Virus record (IMG/VR): IMGVR_UViG_3300024518_002307
Coordinates: 1 to 50,438 of that record
Source: a virus
Taxonomy: Duplodnaviria; Caudoviricetes
Direction: 5' to 3' (one strand)
DNA: 50,438 nt
Below, in pieces: positions 8,728 to 16,349 of this stretch. Under the pieces are notes generated by a model, which saw only the letters and a program-made list of their open reading frames with translations, did not search any database and was not told the origin of the DNA. A program made the position numbers and the translations under genes. Numbering within the stretch: position 1 is the first letter of the stretch; the number at the start of each line of letters is the position of its first letter.

Positions 8728-10674
8728 TTACTCACTTGTTGGGGCGGCTGGCTTAGTTGCCGTGATCCTCTTTGTTACGGAATCAAACCGCTTGATTAGA
8801 CCTTCCCTTTCCTTGTCTTGCGCATCCACAAACTCCTTGAACTGCTCAAGGGTAATCTGCTGCTGCGCAAGCTCTGCTTCTTTGATTGTCTTATAGGCTG
8901 CGGCACGATCGCGCATAGCCTGCTCTGTCGTCTTTAGTGTTGCCAATTCAAGATTGGCATAGTCCATCTGTTGCTCGTGCTGGAACTTGTCCTGTTCCAT
9001 CTGCATTTCAAACGAAGGTTGGGCTGGAGGAATATCCATCAACTCTTTTATGTTCTCGTGCCCTTCCGCTTCGAGCTTACGGCGGAGGACGACTGCTTTG
9101 TTGAGGGGTGCCCCTGCAGCAGCGGATGCTTCAAGAGCCACTGCACGCATAATCTTTTCGATTTCCGCAACCATATCAGGATCAGCGGCAGGTACCACAT
9201 CAGTATTATCCCGAGTAAAATCCCTGTCAGGGAACGCAGTTGTATCAAGTATTTCCTGATACTCTTCCGCCCCGAGATACTTGTAATCCAAAACATAAAT
9301 CTTCTTATACTCGCGCTTAAGTGAGCGAAATATGCGCTTATAGATTTCATTGAACACCTTTAACCCTTGCTCCAACACCTTCTGTGTGGTTGCATACGGT
9401 TGGTTCTGTCCCGGATTCTTGCCCTGCATCATGTCGGAGACAGAGGTTAAATCACGGGCAGACTCCACCAGGAGTCCAAGCAATTGGAATAACACAGCAC
9501 TAGGTTCTTTCGCAGGGAGAGGTACTATGTTCTTGCGCATATCCTCGCCGGTCGATTGCAAGAGTTTCCACTCTCCCGGCTTAAATCTAAGTACTCCTCC
9601 CTTGTTTACTCTTACGCCTTTGCCTATAAACCCCGACTGAAGGACACTGTTATGTCCCGCATCGAGCAACTGGTTAATAATGGTATTGGCCGCTTCGTTG
9701 GTTGGTCCCAACAACTGACCAAACCCGAGTCCATAAATAGCACTGTCCGGATCAGGAAAGAACTTGAATACCGTGAAGTACTCCTCTGGTCTTATCTTTC
9801 CTACGCCCCCGTCGTCCCTGTAAGAAACGTCTAACGGTGTTTCCCATCGTGCTACTACCCGCAGCACTTCTCGTGACTGGCTATCGACCGTAACGATATA
9901 CGGCTCTTTGTACCCATCCTCGTCGAGGTCGTACCAACAGTGCGCCTCGTAGAGTTCGTGAGGAGCATCTGCATCCCCGACAGGAGACAACCCTTGAGCC
10001 TCATCCCTAGTGCCCTTAAACTCTTGAGGAGAGGGCTTACTCAGCGTTACTTGGCGGTACGTACCATCTGACTGCAGTTCGTAGATCTGATTCGCCGTAC
10101 GGTATATGCGATGAGTCTTAGTGGCTAGTTCAAAATTATCCGCATAGTAGTTAACAATAAGATCACGAGGGTGAACAAGTATCGACTGAATACCATGTGC
10201 AGAATCATAAAAGGTCTTCTTATATGCCATTCCAAGGATAGGTAGAATAAGAAATAGACGATCCATTTCATCTAACCAATCCTCCATCAACTCCGTTACC
10301 TGCACGGACATGAAGCGTGCTACACGATCTCCCCTGTCCGTCTTAGCCGGATCTGACTCGCCTATCTTGCGAGTCTTAACTACATTGGGTTTGCCGAGTA
10401 AGGCGGGAAAGGTTTCTGCGTGGAACTGAATAGCGGCGAGAGAAAGGATAGGGAACTTGACATTAGAAGCATTGGGCCACGGGTAGGACTTACCCTTAGT
10501 CAGCTGCTTCGCAAGCTCTATGTACTCGTCAATATTGGTTTCCCACTCTTGACGAGAACCGAGATCATCCTGGATCTCTTTGAACAGGGTATCTCCCATC
10601 TTCTCCCGAATCTCCTCAGAGATGAGTTCACAGATGTTTATGTGCCCTACTGCTTGTTCTAAATCTAGTGCCAT
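8728..10674 (-). CDS. Portal protein
   Basis: 648 aa; YPWPNASNVKFP, DLDEDGYKEPYIVTV, YGLGFG, INQLLDAG; follows TerL. Confidence 0.92.
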   Translation of the reverse strand: MALDLEQAVGHINICELISEEIREKMGDTLFKEIQDDLGSRQEWETNIDEYIELAKQLTKGKSYPWPNASNVKFPILSLAAIQFHAETFPALLGKPNVVKTRKIGESDPAKTDRGDRVARFMSVQVTELMEDWLDEMDRLFLILPILGMAYKKTFYDSAHGIQSILVHPRDLIVNYYADNFELATKTHRIYRTANQIYELQSDGTYRQVTLSKPSPQEFKGTRDEAQGLSPVGDADAPHELYEAHCWYDLDEDGYKEPYIVTVDSQSREVLRVVARWETPLDVSYRDDGGVGKIRPEEYFTVFKFFPDPDSAIYGLGFGQLLGPTNEAANTIINQLLDAGHNSVLQSGFIGKGVRVNKGGVLRFKPGEWKLLQSTGEDMRKNIVPLPAKEPSAVLFQLLGLLVESARDLTSVSDMMQGKNPGQNQPYATTQKVLEQGLKVFNEIYKRIFRSLKREYKKIYVLDYKYLGAEEYQEILDTTAFPDRDFTRDNTDVVPAADPDMVAEIEKIMRAVALEASAAAGAPLNKAVVLRRKLEAEGHENIKELMDIPPAQPSFEMQMEQDKFQHEQQMDYANLELATLKTTEQAMRDRAAAYKTIKEAELAQQQITLEQFKEFVDAQDKEREGLIKRFDSVTKRITATKPAAPTSE

Positions 10675-12201
10675 CTAATACCCAGTTACTTGACTAATGC
10701 CCCAATCCGTAGTACCGTACGCTTCTTCATATTCGTGATCGTACGCCTGTTCTTCTATTTCTTTGGTTGTCGAAACATCTACCATCTTGTTTATCATAAA
10801 AACCAACCAAGCAAACGCATCCGCTTGATCTAAGAATTTACTCTTGGGAAACTGTGATAGTTCCTCAAGAAGTTTTGGCCACCAAGAAGCATCTTGGTTG
10901 AATCTCACATCCCCTGCCTTAACCTTAGCTTGGGCAGGACGTGCTCTCTTCTCCTTATCCTTGATAGGAGGAAGTTCTTCTATGTTGATGTACGGATGTT
11001 TCTCATCCTTTCCCATCTCTTCTTTGATAATCGGACCCAAAGACTTTGCAATGTTCTCCGATTCAATTCCGAACAGCAAAGGCCCGTACCTGTACTGGAC
11101 GGCAAATAAAGCATTGATAATCTTACGGGAATCACGAGTTCGAAACCGTATGACATCTACGATGTCCAGCTTGCGCCCGTGAATAAGCTTACCTACGACA
11201 ATAACCGTGTAAGCTGCCTTCTCTTTCTCGGAAATTGCCAGATCCGCAGCAGCGTAGTAGTCGCCGTGGGCTTGAACATCTTCCTCCGGAATAGGCAAAA
11301 GATCGTCTACACGATAGAATGCATTTTCCAGATCTATGGGGTAGTTGAGATATTCCTGGGAGTACCCTTCCGGGTCGCCATCCTCTACAAACTCGTTTCG
11401 GATGTCTACCAATCTTTCTTTCGGGAACTTGTCGGGCCACAGCAACTTGGAGTAATCGGGATTGTGCGCTTGGTAGCGCACTGCCGTCCAAATCTTCTTT
11501 CTCGTGGACCAGAACTTAATGCCGTCTGTCTTGGTCTGTTCGTCAGTCCAAGAAGGCATGAATCTTTCAAGAAGGGAATCCATGTGCAGGATAGTTCCTA
11601 CTACACGAACATCGCAGGTATCTCCTCCGCATTGCATCAATGCTTTAAAGAACCACTTTCTAAACTTAGTTCGACGCTCTTCGCTTTCTACGATTTCGTC
11701 ATTCTCAAGATCGTCACCGACAATAAGATCCGGGCGCGTATTGCGCCACTTGATTCCCCTTAACTTCTGCTCACTGCCTTTGGCAATGATACGAAACCTC
11801 GGGATTTCCTTCTCATCTCCGCGTTTATGTAACTCAACTATTATTTGAGTTTCTTTGTCTTTTATTATTTTCTTGACCCCAAAGAGTTCTCGGAGGTCTT
11901 CGTTCTCTATAAGTTCTTTCTTGATGTCCCCTAAAAAGTCTACGCTTTGAGACTCCGTATCGGATATAAGTAGAACGTGCTTCTTTATTCGGAAGAGTAC
12001 ACAGGCAAGGATGAACACCAATGTGATTGCTGTGCTTTTCGCATGGCCGCGTGGCGCAGCGCATGCTACACGGGGACTCTCCGAGCAAGCCAGCTCCCAC
12101 AACTCATGGTGGAAGTCTGGTGTCTCTTTCGGATTATCGAAGTTCTTTAGTAGGAGACTACTGGAGAACCCGTGAATGGTGTCGGCATCTAGTCCTTGCA
12201 C
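10675..12201 (-). CDS. terL: Terminase large subunit
   Basis: Walker A APRGHAKS, Walker B IVGDDLE, coupling motif VGT, nuclease motifs DLA and DQADA. Confidence 0.95.
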   Translation of the reverse strand: MQGLDADTIHGFSSSLLLKNFDNPKETPDFHHELWELACSESPRVACAAPRGHAKSTAITLVFILACVLFRIKKHVLLISDTESQSVDFLGDIKKELIENEDLRELFGVKKIIKDKETQIIVELHKRGDEKEIPRFRIIAKGSEQKLRGIKWRNTRPDLIVGDDLENDEIVESEERRTKFRKWFFKALMQCGGDTCDVRVVGTILHMDSLLERFMPSWTDEQTKTDGIKFWSTRKKIWTAVRYQAHNPDYSKLLWPDKFPKERLVDIRNEFVEDGDPEGYSQEYLNYPIDLENAFYRVDDLLPIPEEDVQAHGDYYAAADLAISEKEKAAYTVIVVGKLIHGRKLDIVDVIRFRTRDSRKIINALFAVQYRYGPLLFGIESENIAKSLGPIIKEEMGKDEKHPYINIEELPPIKDKEKRARPAQAKVKAGDVRFNQDASWWPKLLEELSQFPKSKFLDQADAFAWLVFMINKMVDVSTTKEIEEQAYDHEYEEAYGTTDWGISQVTGY

Positions 12202-12247
12202 TCTTTCTCATTATTGTTATCTCCGCACTTTGTGCGGGATTCGTCTA

Positions 12248-12484
12248 TTATTTACTCCGCAAACGGGGCTTCTCTTCAAATGGTCGACTTATATGATAAA
12301 CAACTTCACAAGACTCGCACACCCAAATTTCAATTGGTGGATACATAAGCTTGATAAACCCTGTATCTGTTCCCGTTAAACCACAATTAGGACAATCTGC
12401 ATCGTTGTCATAATTATCGACATGCATAAAACGAGACATCATATCGTCGTATTTACGAAGTTTTTCTTTAACTTCTTCTTTCAT
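12248..12484 (-). CDS. Zn-ribbon protein (tandem paralog 2)
   Basis: CPNC...CESC; start re-assigned to ATG 12484, giving an ATGA overlap. Confidence 0.65.
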   Translation of the reverse strand: MKEEVKEKLRKYDDMMSRFMHVDNYDNDADCPNCGLTGTDTGFIKLMYPPIEIWVCESCEVVYHISRPFEEKPRLRSK

Positions 12485-12696
12485 AATTTCGATACAACTT
12501 TCCAGTACCTTACCTTGCAATCGTCGCAGATCCAAACCTCAAGGGGAGGAGTCGTCACTTTGGTAAACCCCGTACCCTCCCCCTCTTGGTGGCATCTCGG
12601 ACACTTCGGTCCGTTGCCTCGATTGCGTACCCTTACGTATTCCTTCAGCTTCTTGTCATATTTACGAAGCTTCCGTTTTTGCTCCGGAGTCAGCAT
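12481..12696 (-). CDS. Zn-ribbon protein (tandem paralog 1)
   Basis: CPRC...CDDC; start at MLTPEQ. Confidence 0.65.
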   Translation of the reverse strand: MLTPEQKRKLRKYDKKLKEYVRVRNRGNGPKCPRCHQEGEGTGFTKVTTPPLEVWICDDCKVRYWKVVSKL

Positions 12697-12862
12697 TATT
12701 GGGACTCCTTCCAAAAGTAGATTGGGCTACAACATAATCCCTGATACGTATCTCCAAATCCACCCATGCTCTGGGGGGAATAAGTCCTACTTCAGGATGA
12801 TCCATCTGCCATCGAAGTAGTAAACTCAACGCATCTTTCATATTTGTATATTCCTTATTCAA
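12662..12862 (-). CDS. Hypothetical protein
   Basis: 66-aa ORF coupled to the upstream gene. Confidence 0.5.
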   Translation of the reverse strand: MNKEYTNMKDALSLLLRWQMDHPEVGLIPPRAWVDLEIRIRDYVVAQSTFGRSPNNADSGAKTEAS

Positions 12863-13067
12863 AAGTCCATACCGCCCGTTCTAACTCTCGAATCTGCTGC
12901 TTGTGTTCCTTCAGTATTTCTTCCAACTCACCAATTCTGTAGTGTGCTACAGCAGCATTAGCAATGACGCTAACAACAAACACAATGATAGGCCAAGGTA
13001 CGACCATCCCGGCAATTCTAAATGATCCTGAGTTATTTCTTCCTTCTCGTTCATTTGAATCCGGCAC
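12855..13067 (-). CDS. Single-TM coiled-coil membrane protein
   Basis: TM WPIIVFVVSVIANAAVA followed by a coiled-coil; GTG start with AAGGA RBS avoids overlap with the tRNA. Confidence 0.6.
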   Translation of the reverse strand: MPDSNEREGRNNSGSFRIAGMVVPWPIIVFVVSVIANAAVAHYRIGELEEILKEHKQQIRELERAVWTFE

Positions 13068-13099
13068 ATTCCTTGGTCCTTTTGTTGTTATTCTAAATT

Positions 13100-13185
13100 T
13101 GGAGGAAGACAAAGGAGTCGAACCCTCAGCGGTTACGCTGGCCTAGTGTTCAAAACTAGTTGCTACCCTCGCAGCGCTATCTTCC
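13100..13185 (-). tRNA. tRNA-Ser(UGA), non-canonical (probable 8/4 fold)
   Basis: GGAAGATA/TGTCTTCC acceptor, CTAGT-TTTGAAC-ACTAG anticodon arm, long variable arm, TTCGACT T-loop, encoded CCA. Confidence 0.8.
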
Positions 13186-13378
13186 TTTTTAATAAAAAGC
13201 CGTTATACTAAGGATGTTATTCGTGCTCTACATTGTATCGCGTATAACGGGATCTAAACTATAGTCTAAAAGGCTCTCTATCCGAAAACCCTTTAGACTA
13301 CCCCCAAAGTAATCATCCATGCGCATCTGGGGTAGTCTCCTATCTCTTCTCTCAATCCATATACAAACTTAAACTTGT

Positions 13379-13610
13379 TTAAGTTTTCCCTACACACGGG
13401 GCCCTGTCATATCCTCTTCCGCTGCCAGTATTCCTAGTACCCCGAAGGTACGCACCGCCGACAGCTCGGCATGTATTCTCAAGCCGAACAATCGCTCGGC
13501 ATTTAAAGTTTGCAACACGTTTTAACATCTTCATTCCTTCCGAACTTCTGATAAGAGCATTTATATCAACTACTCTTTCTCCTCCGGAAGTTACTGTAAC
13601 ATATTTACTC
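13379..13610 (-). CDS. Hypothetical protein (start approximate)
   Basis: MSKYVTVTSGG portion of the ORF with a GGAG RBS. Confidence 0.4.
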
Positions 13611-13626
13611 ATCTCCACATAACACC

Positions 13627-14028
13627 TTAGTCCAACGTACGAATGCCTGCTGCTTTCGCACAATCCTTCGATGCTATCATTGACATCGCACGGAACTGCG
13701 AATCGTCAATCATTCCCGTCATAAGATGCTGCCACAGATCATCTGTTATCATCAACCAAGTGTGACAAACCTTAGTTGGTCCCTCATCTTCAAGAAGAAT
13801 CCACCAAGGCTTCATAACCTCTGCTTCTTCAAACGTTCGCTTTACTACTTCATTCTCGTCAGCAGTTGGACCGTACACCCTATGCTTCCACAAATCTTTC
13901 CCCTCAGGCGTAATAAGGTAGTGATCAAAAGTAATTAACGGTTGCGCTTTTGCTTCCGGCCCGAAGGCCAAGTACAGCAAACCTAGTACAACCAAGCCTG
14001 CAAAGATCGTTAATAGCTTATCTCTCAT
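13627..14028 (-). CDS. Secreted or membrane protein
   Basis: N-terminal hydrophobic segment with an AKA-Q cleavage-like site. Confidence 0.65.
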   Translation of the reverse strand: MRDKLLTIFAGLVVLGLLYLAFGPEAKAQPLITFDHYLITPEGKDLWKHRVYGPTADENEVVKRTFEEAEVMKPWWILLEDEGPTKVCHTWLMITDDLWQHLMTGMIDDSQFRAMSMIASKDCAKAAGIRTLD

Positions 14029-14095
14029 ACGATGTAACCTCTTAAATCAGCCTCGGTCATTTGTTGATTCGCGCCGAGGCTCGCGAGAAGTTAAA

Positions 14096-14181
14096 AAGTA
14101 CTTTGAACGGGAGTCGAACCCGCAACTCTACTCTCCCCGAAGGAAGGTTCTCCGTATACCTGTTCCGGCACCAAAGTACTT
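14096..14181 (-). ncRNA. tRNA-like RNA with the anticodon arm replaced by a UUCG hairpin
   Basis: Acceptor ACTTTGG/TCAAAGT, D-arm TGCCGGAACAGGTATACGG, T-arm GCGGG-TTCGACT-CCCGT, central CTTCC-TTCG-GGGAG; no CCA. Confidence 0.65.
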
Positions 14182-14182
14182 C

Positions 14183-14350
14183 CTAGTCAAACTCTATCTT
14201 GAACTCAATTATAGGAGCGTCTCCTTCGTTTGTCAAGCGAGCTTCGATTCCTTCCTTCAACTCAACTTCCGCTCCTTTACGGACATCCAGTTTGAAGTCA
14301 TTGCCGAAGGTTGCTAAACCTACAAATACTCCTATTATGATCCATTCCAT
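14183..14350 (-). CDS. Small membrane protein (55 aa)
   Basis: My translation: MEWIIIGVFVGLATFGNDFKLDV...; below the ORF-track cutoff. Confidence 0.5.
   Translation of the reverse strand: MEWIIIGVFVGLATFGNDFKLDVRKGAEVELKEGIEARLTNEGDAPIIEFKIEFD
14208..14236 (-). promoter_or_regulatory. Perfect sigma70 promoter
   Basis: TTGACA-17 nt-TATAAT, pointing at the tRNA-like RNA. Confidence 0.85.
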
Positions 14351-14358
14351 GCTTTAAA

Positions 14359-14430
14359 GTCATCTCCCAGGACTTGCACCCAGATCTTCAGTCCCAAAAA
14401 CTGACGTACTGCTTGTTGTACTAAAGATGC
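14359..14430 (-). tRNA. tRNA-Gln(UUG)-like, degenerate
   Basis: Complete cloverleaf with TCAGT-TTTTGGG-ACTGA anticodon arm; G1.A72 mismatch, no D-loop GG, TGCAAGT T-loop, no CCA. Confidence 0.6.
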
Positions 14431-14441
14431 ATAAATAAAGT

Positions 14442-14771
14442 TTAAAGGCCGTTGATATAAGACTTCATATCATTGGCACGAGCGTGTGCATTGTCGCCTA
14501 CGGCAACTGCATTCGCATCGAGGATGCCGATACCAAGTATAATCTTGTTGATTAGATCTACAAGGCCGTCCTGTTGATCCTGAGTAATACGATCCGTACA
14601 GTCGTCCAACCGACGATAAATCTCTTCGCACCCTTCGCCTATCGTAACACACGTAAGCATATTATCTTCGGCATAGGCTACTGCGTCATCGCAGACCAAC
14701 TTAGTTTCTGGTTTCAGAGCACACCCTGTAACCAACAGGGTTACAAAGAAGGCTATAAGTAAATTTTTCAT
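14442..14771 (-). CDS. Lipoprotein (o-spanin candidate)
   Basis: Signal peptide MKNLLIAFFVTLLVTG-C with a lipobox; several Cys. Confidence 0.65.
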   Translation of the reverse strand: MKNLLIAFFVTLLVTGCALKPETKLVCDDAVAYAEDNMLTCVTIGEGCEEIYRRLDDCTDRITQDQQDGLVDLINKIILGIGILDANAVAVGDNAHARANDMKSYINGL

Positions 14772-14776
14772 ATTAG

Positions 14777-15031
14777 TTAAAATCCGATTAGATCCTTGAT
14801 CCAATTTAGTATCATCTTGGCACCATCTGTGAGTTTATTCAACAGTATAAGAAATGCACCTACAAGTACGTTATAGATTGCAAAGCCACTATCCACAACA
14901 TCAAACAATGCATTGGATAGGTTCTGTGACAATTCCGTGACTAGGTCAAGGGGCAAACCAAAACCGAACAAAGATAATCCGCCCAATATAGTCACAAACC
15001 AACCTGTCAAAGCTACTCTAGTTAATTTCAT
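14777..15031 (-). CDS. Two-TM membrane protein (holin candidate)
   Basis: 84 aa, two hydrophobic helices and an amphipathic C-terminus. Confidence 0.55.
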   Translation of the reverse strand: MKLTRVALTGWFVTILGGLSLFGFGLPLDLVTELSQNLSNALFDVVDSGFAIYNVLVGAFLILLNKLTDGAKMILNWIKDLIGF

Positions 15032-15150
15032 AATAGATGTTTCCTACTTCTTAAACTTAATGTAATATCCGTAACGGCGCTTTTTCCAATACCAACCGAA
15101 ACCTAGAATTCTATTCTTAAACCAAAGGGAATTCCCTTTGCATACTATTC

Positions 15151-15420
15151 TCACGTTAGCGTGTCATTGTAAGTTACGTGGTAAGAAAACTTGCCCCTAT
15201 CATCAAGATCCCACGTCTTATACCATGTCCAATAGGGTTCAAACTCCAAGGGATAAGAAGGTACTTTTCTCTTACCAAATAACTCATGTAAACCCTCGTA
15301 CAACTCGCGTGCTGCTTCAAGGGGTAGTTCTACTGCTTCGTCTTTCGTCAGCTTAATCTTAATAGATTCTATCGTCATGCTAGGGTCCATGTTCCTGTTC
15401 GTTCTTTGGATGTGCGGCAT
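15151..15420 (-). CDS. Hypothetical protein
   Basis: ORF in an operon run; start uncertain. Confidence 0.5.
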   Translation of the reverse strand: MPHIQRTNRNMDPSMTIESIKIKLTKDEAVELPLEAARELYEGLHELFGKRKVPSYPLEFEPYWTWYKTWDLDDRGKFSYHVTYNDTLT

Positions 15421-15568
15421 CTTTTAAGATTGCCTCTATGATATTGATCACACTTACGTTTCTATTTATCTTGCGGATCTCGTTGTAGTCCTTCGAATTC
15501 TCTATCTTCTCCAAGTGACGACGCTTCACTCGCATCGTTGCAGCAAGCAGCTTATCTATGTTCTCCAT
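15380..15568 (-). CDS. Hypothetical protein
   Basis: 62-aa ORF abutting the upstream stop codon. Confidence 0.55.
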   Translation of the reverse strand: MENIDKLLAATMRVKRRHLEKIENSKDYNEIRKINRNVSVINIIEAILKDAAHPKNEQEHGP

Positions 15569-15868
15569 CTATAACGTTCCTTTAAAACTCAACAACGCTT
15601 GGGCAAGCAATGAACCTCGGAGATCTACTTCTTTCTCGTCGTGTTCGTCATTCCCTATTCCCATTGAACGCTGTACGGCATGCTCTAGCTCGTGACAAAA
15701 CGTCTGGAACTTCCGTGTCGGAGGTAACGTAGAACGTATAAGTATCTCGTTACGTTGTGCCACCCACGCCCCGTGTGCTCCTAGATCATCCAGAGTATCG
15801 TCTTTATCCTGCCTTACCGTTATGGTGTGACATACTATGTTAAACTTCTTTGGTATCTCGAACACCAT
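15569..15868 (-). CDS. Small HExxH zinc metallopeptidase-like protein
   Basis: TFCHELEH...DEKEVD; start re-assigned to ATG 15868, downstream of the promoter. Confidence 0.75.
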   Translation of the reverse strand: MVFEIPKKFNIVCHTITVRQDKDDTLDDLGAHGAWVAQRNEILIRSTLPPTRKFQTFCHELEHAVQRSMGIGNDEHDEKEVDLRGSLLAQALLSFKGTL

Positions 15869-15881
15869 TAACTCTTTTCCT

Positions 15882-15910
15882 CTTATACCACACTCAGATC
15901 TAAATGTCAA
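15882..15910 (-). promoter_or_regulatory. sigma70 promoter with extended -10
   Basis: TTGACA-17 nt-TATAAG, with TG ahead of the -10. Confidence 0.75.
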
Positions 15911-15949
15911 GCGTTATCATAGATAACGTCGTACTTCGATAGAAGTACT

Positions 15950-16066
15950 TTAGGCATTTTTCTTCTTGTACATCTTTGGTTTAGGAATAGTGGGTGCTTT
16001 AGGTTTAGGGGCAGCGGGAGCTGCCTTCTCATACGCTCTATGTGCCCTACTCTTCTTCTTTCCCAT
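15950..16066 (-). CDS. Small basic Lys/Pro-rich peptide
   Basis: My translation: MGKKKSRAHRAYEKAAPAAPKPKAPTIPKPKMYKKKNA. Confidence 0.5.
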   Translation of the reverse strand: MGKKKSRAHRAYEKAAPAAPKPKAPTIPKPKMYKKKNA

Positions 16067-16068
16067 GC

Positions 16069-16290
16069 CTACTTCTTCTCTCTTCGCTTGAGCATTTCCT
16101 CAAGAGTACCGCTATCCTTTGACGAAGATGCGTATTTCTTATTCGCGGCAGCTTTCGCCTTAGAGCCTGTCGAATAAGAGCCTCCCGTACTTTCGCTTTT
16201 TGCGTGATCTCGGACATTATAGGAATCCCGTAACGGACGCATCCGTACTTCCGGTTTGTCAGATTCGAGCTTATTTTTAGTTGTTGGCAT
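16069..16290 (-). CDS. Small basic protein
   Basis: 73-aa Lys/Ser-rich ORF with an AAGGA RBS. Confidence 0.6.
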   Translation of the reverse strand: MPTTKNKLESDKPEVRMRPLRDSYNVRDHAKSESTGGSYSTGSKAKAAANKKYASSSKDSGTLEEMLKRREKK

Positions 16291-16349
16291 TCTAATATAC
16301 TTCCTTTTCGTAGTCGTTTACTTCTTAGCGTGTATTAACAAAACAGCGA

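Noticed and set aside
13100-13185. Selenocysteine or opal-suppressor tRNA, implying recoding
   Set aside because: The anticodon is TGA (Ser), not TCA. Core genes are uninterrupted and end in all three stop codons.
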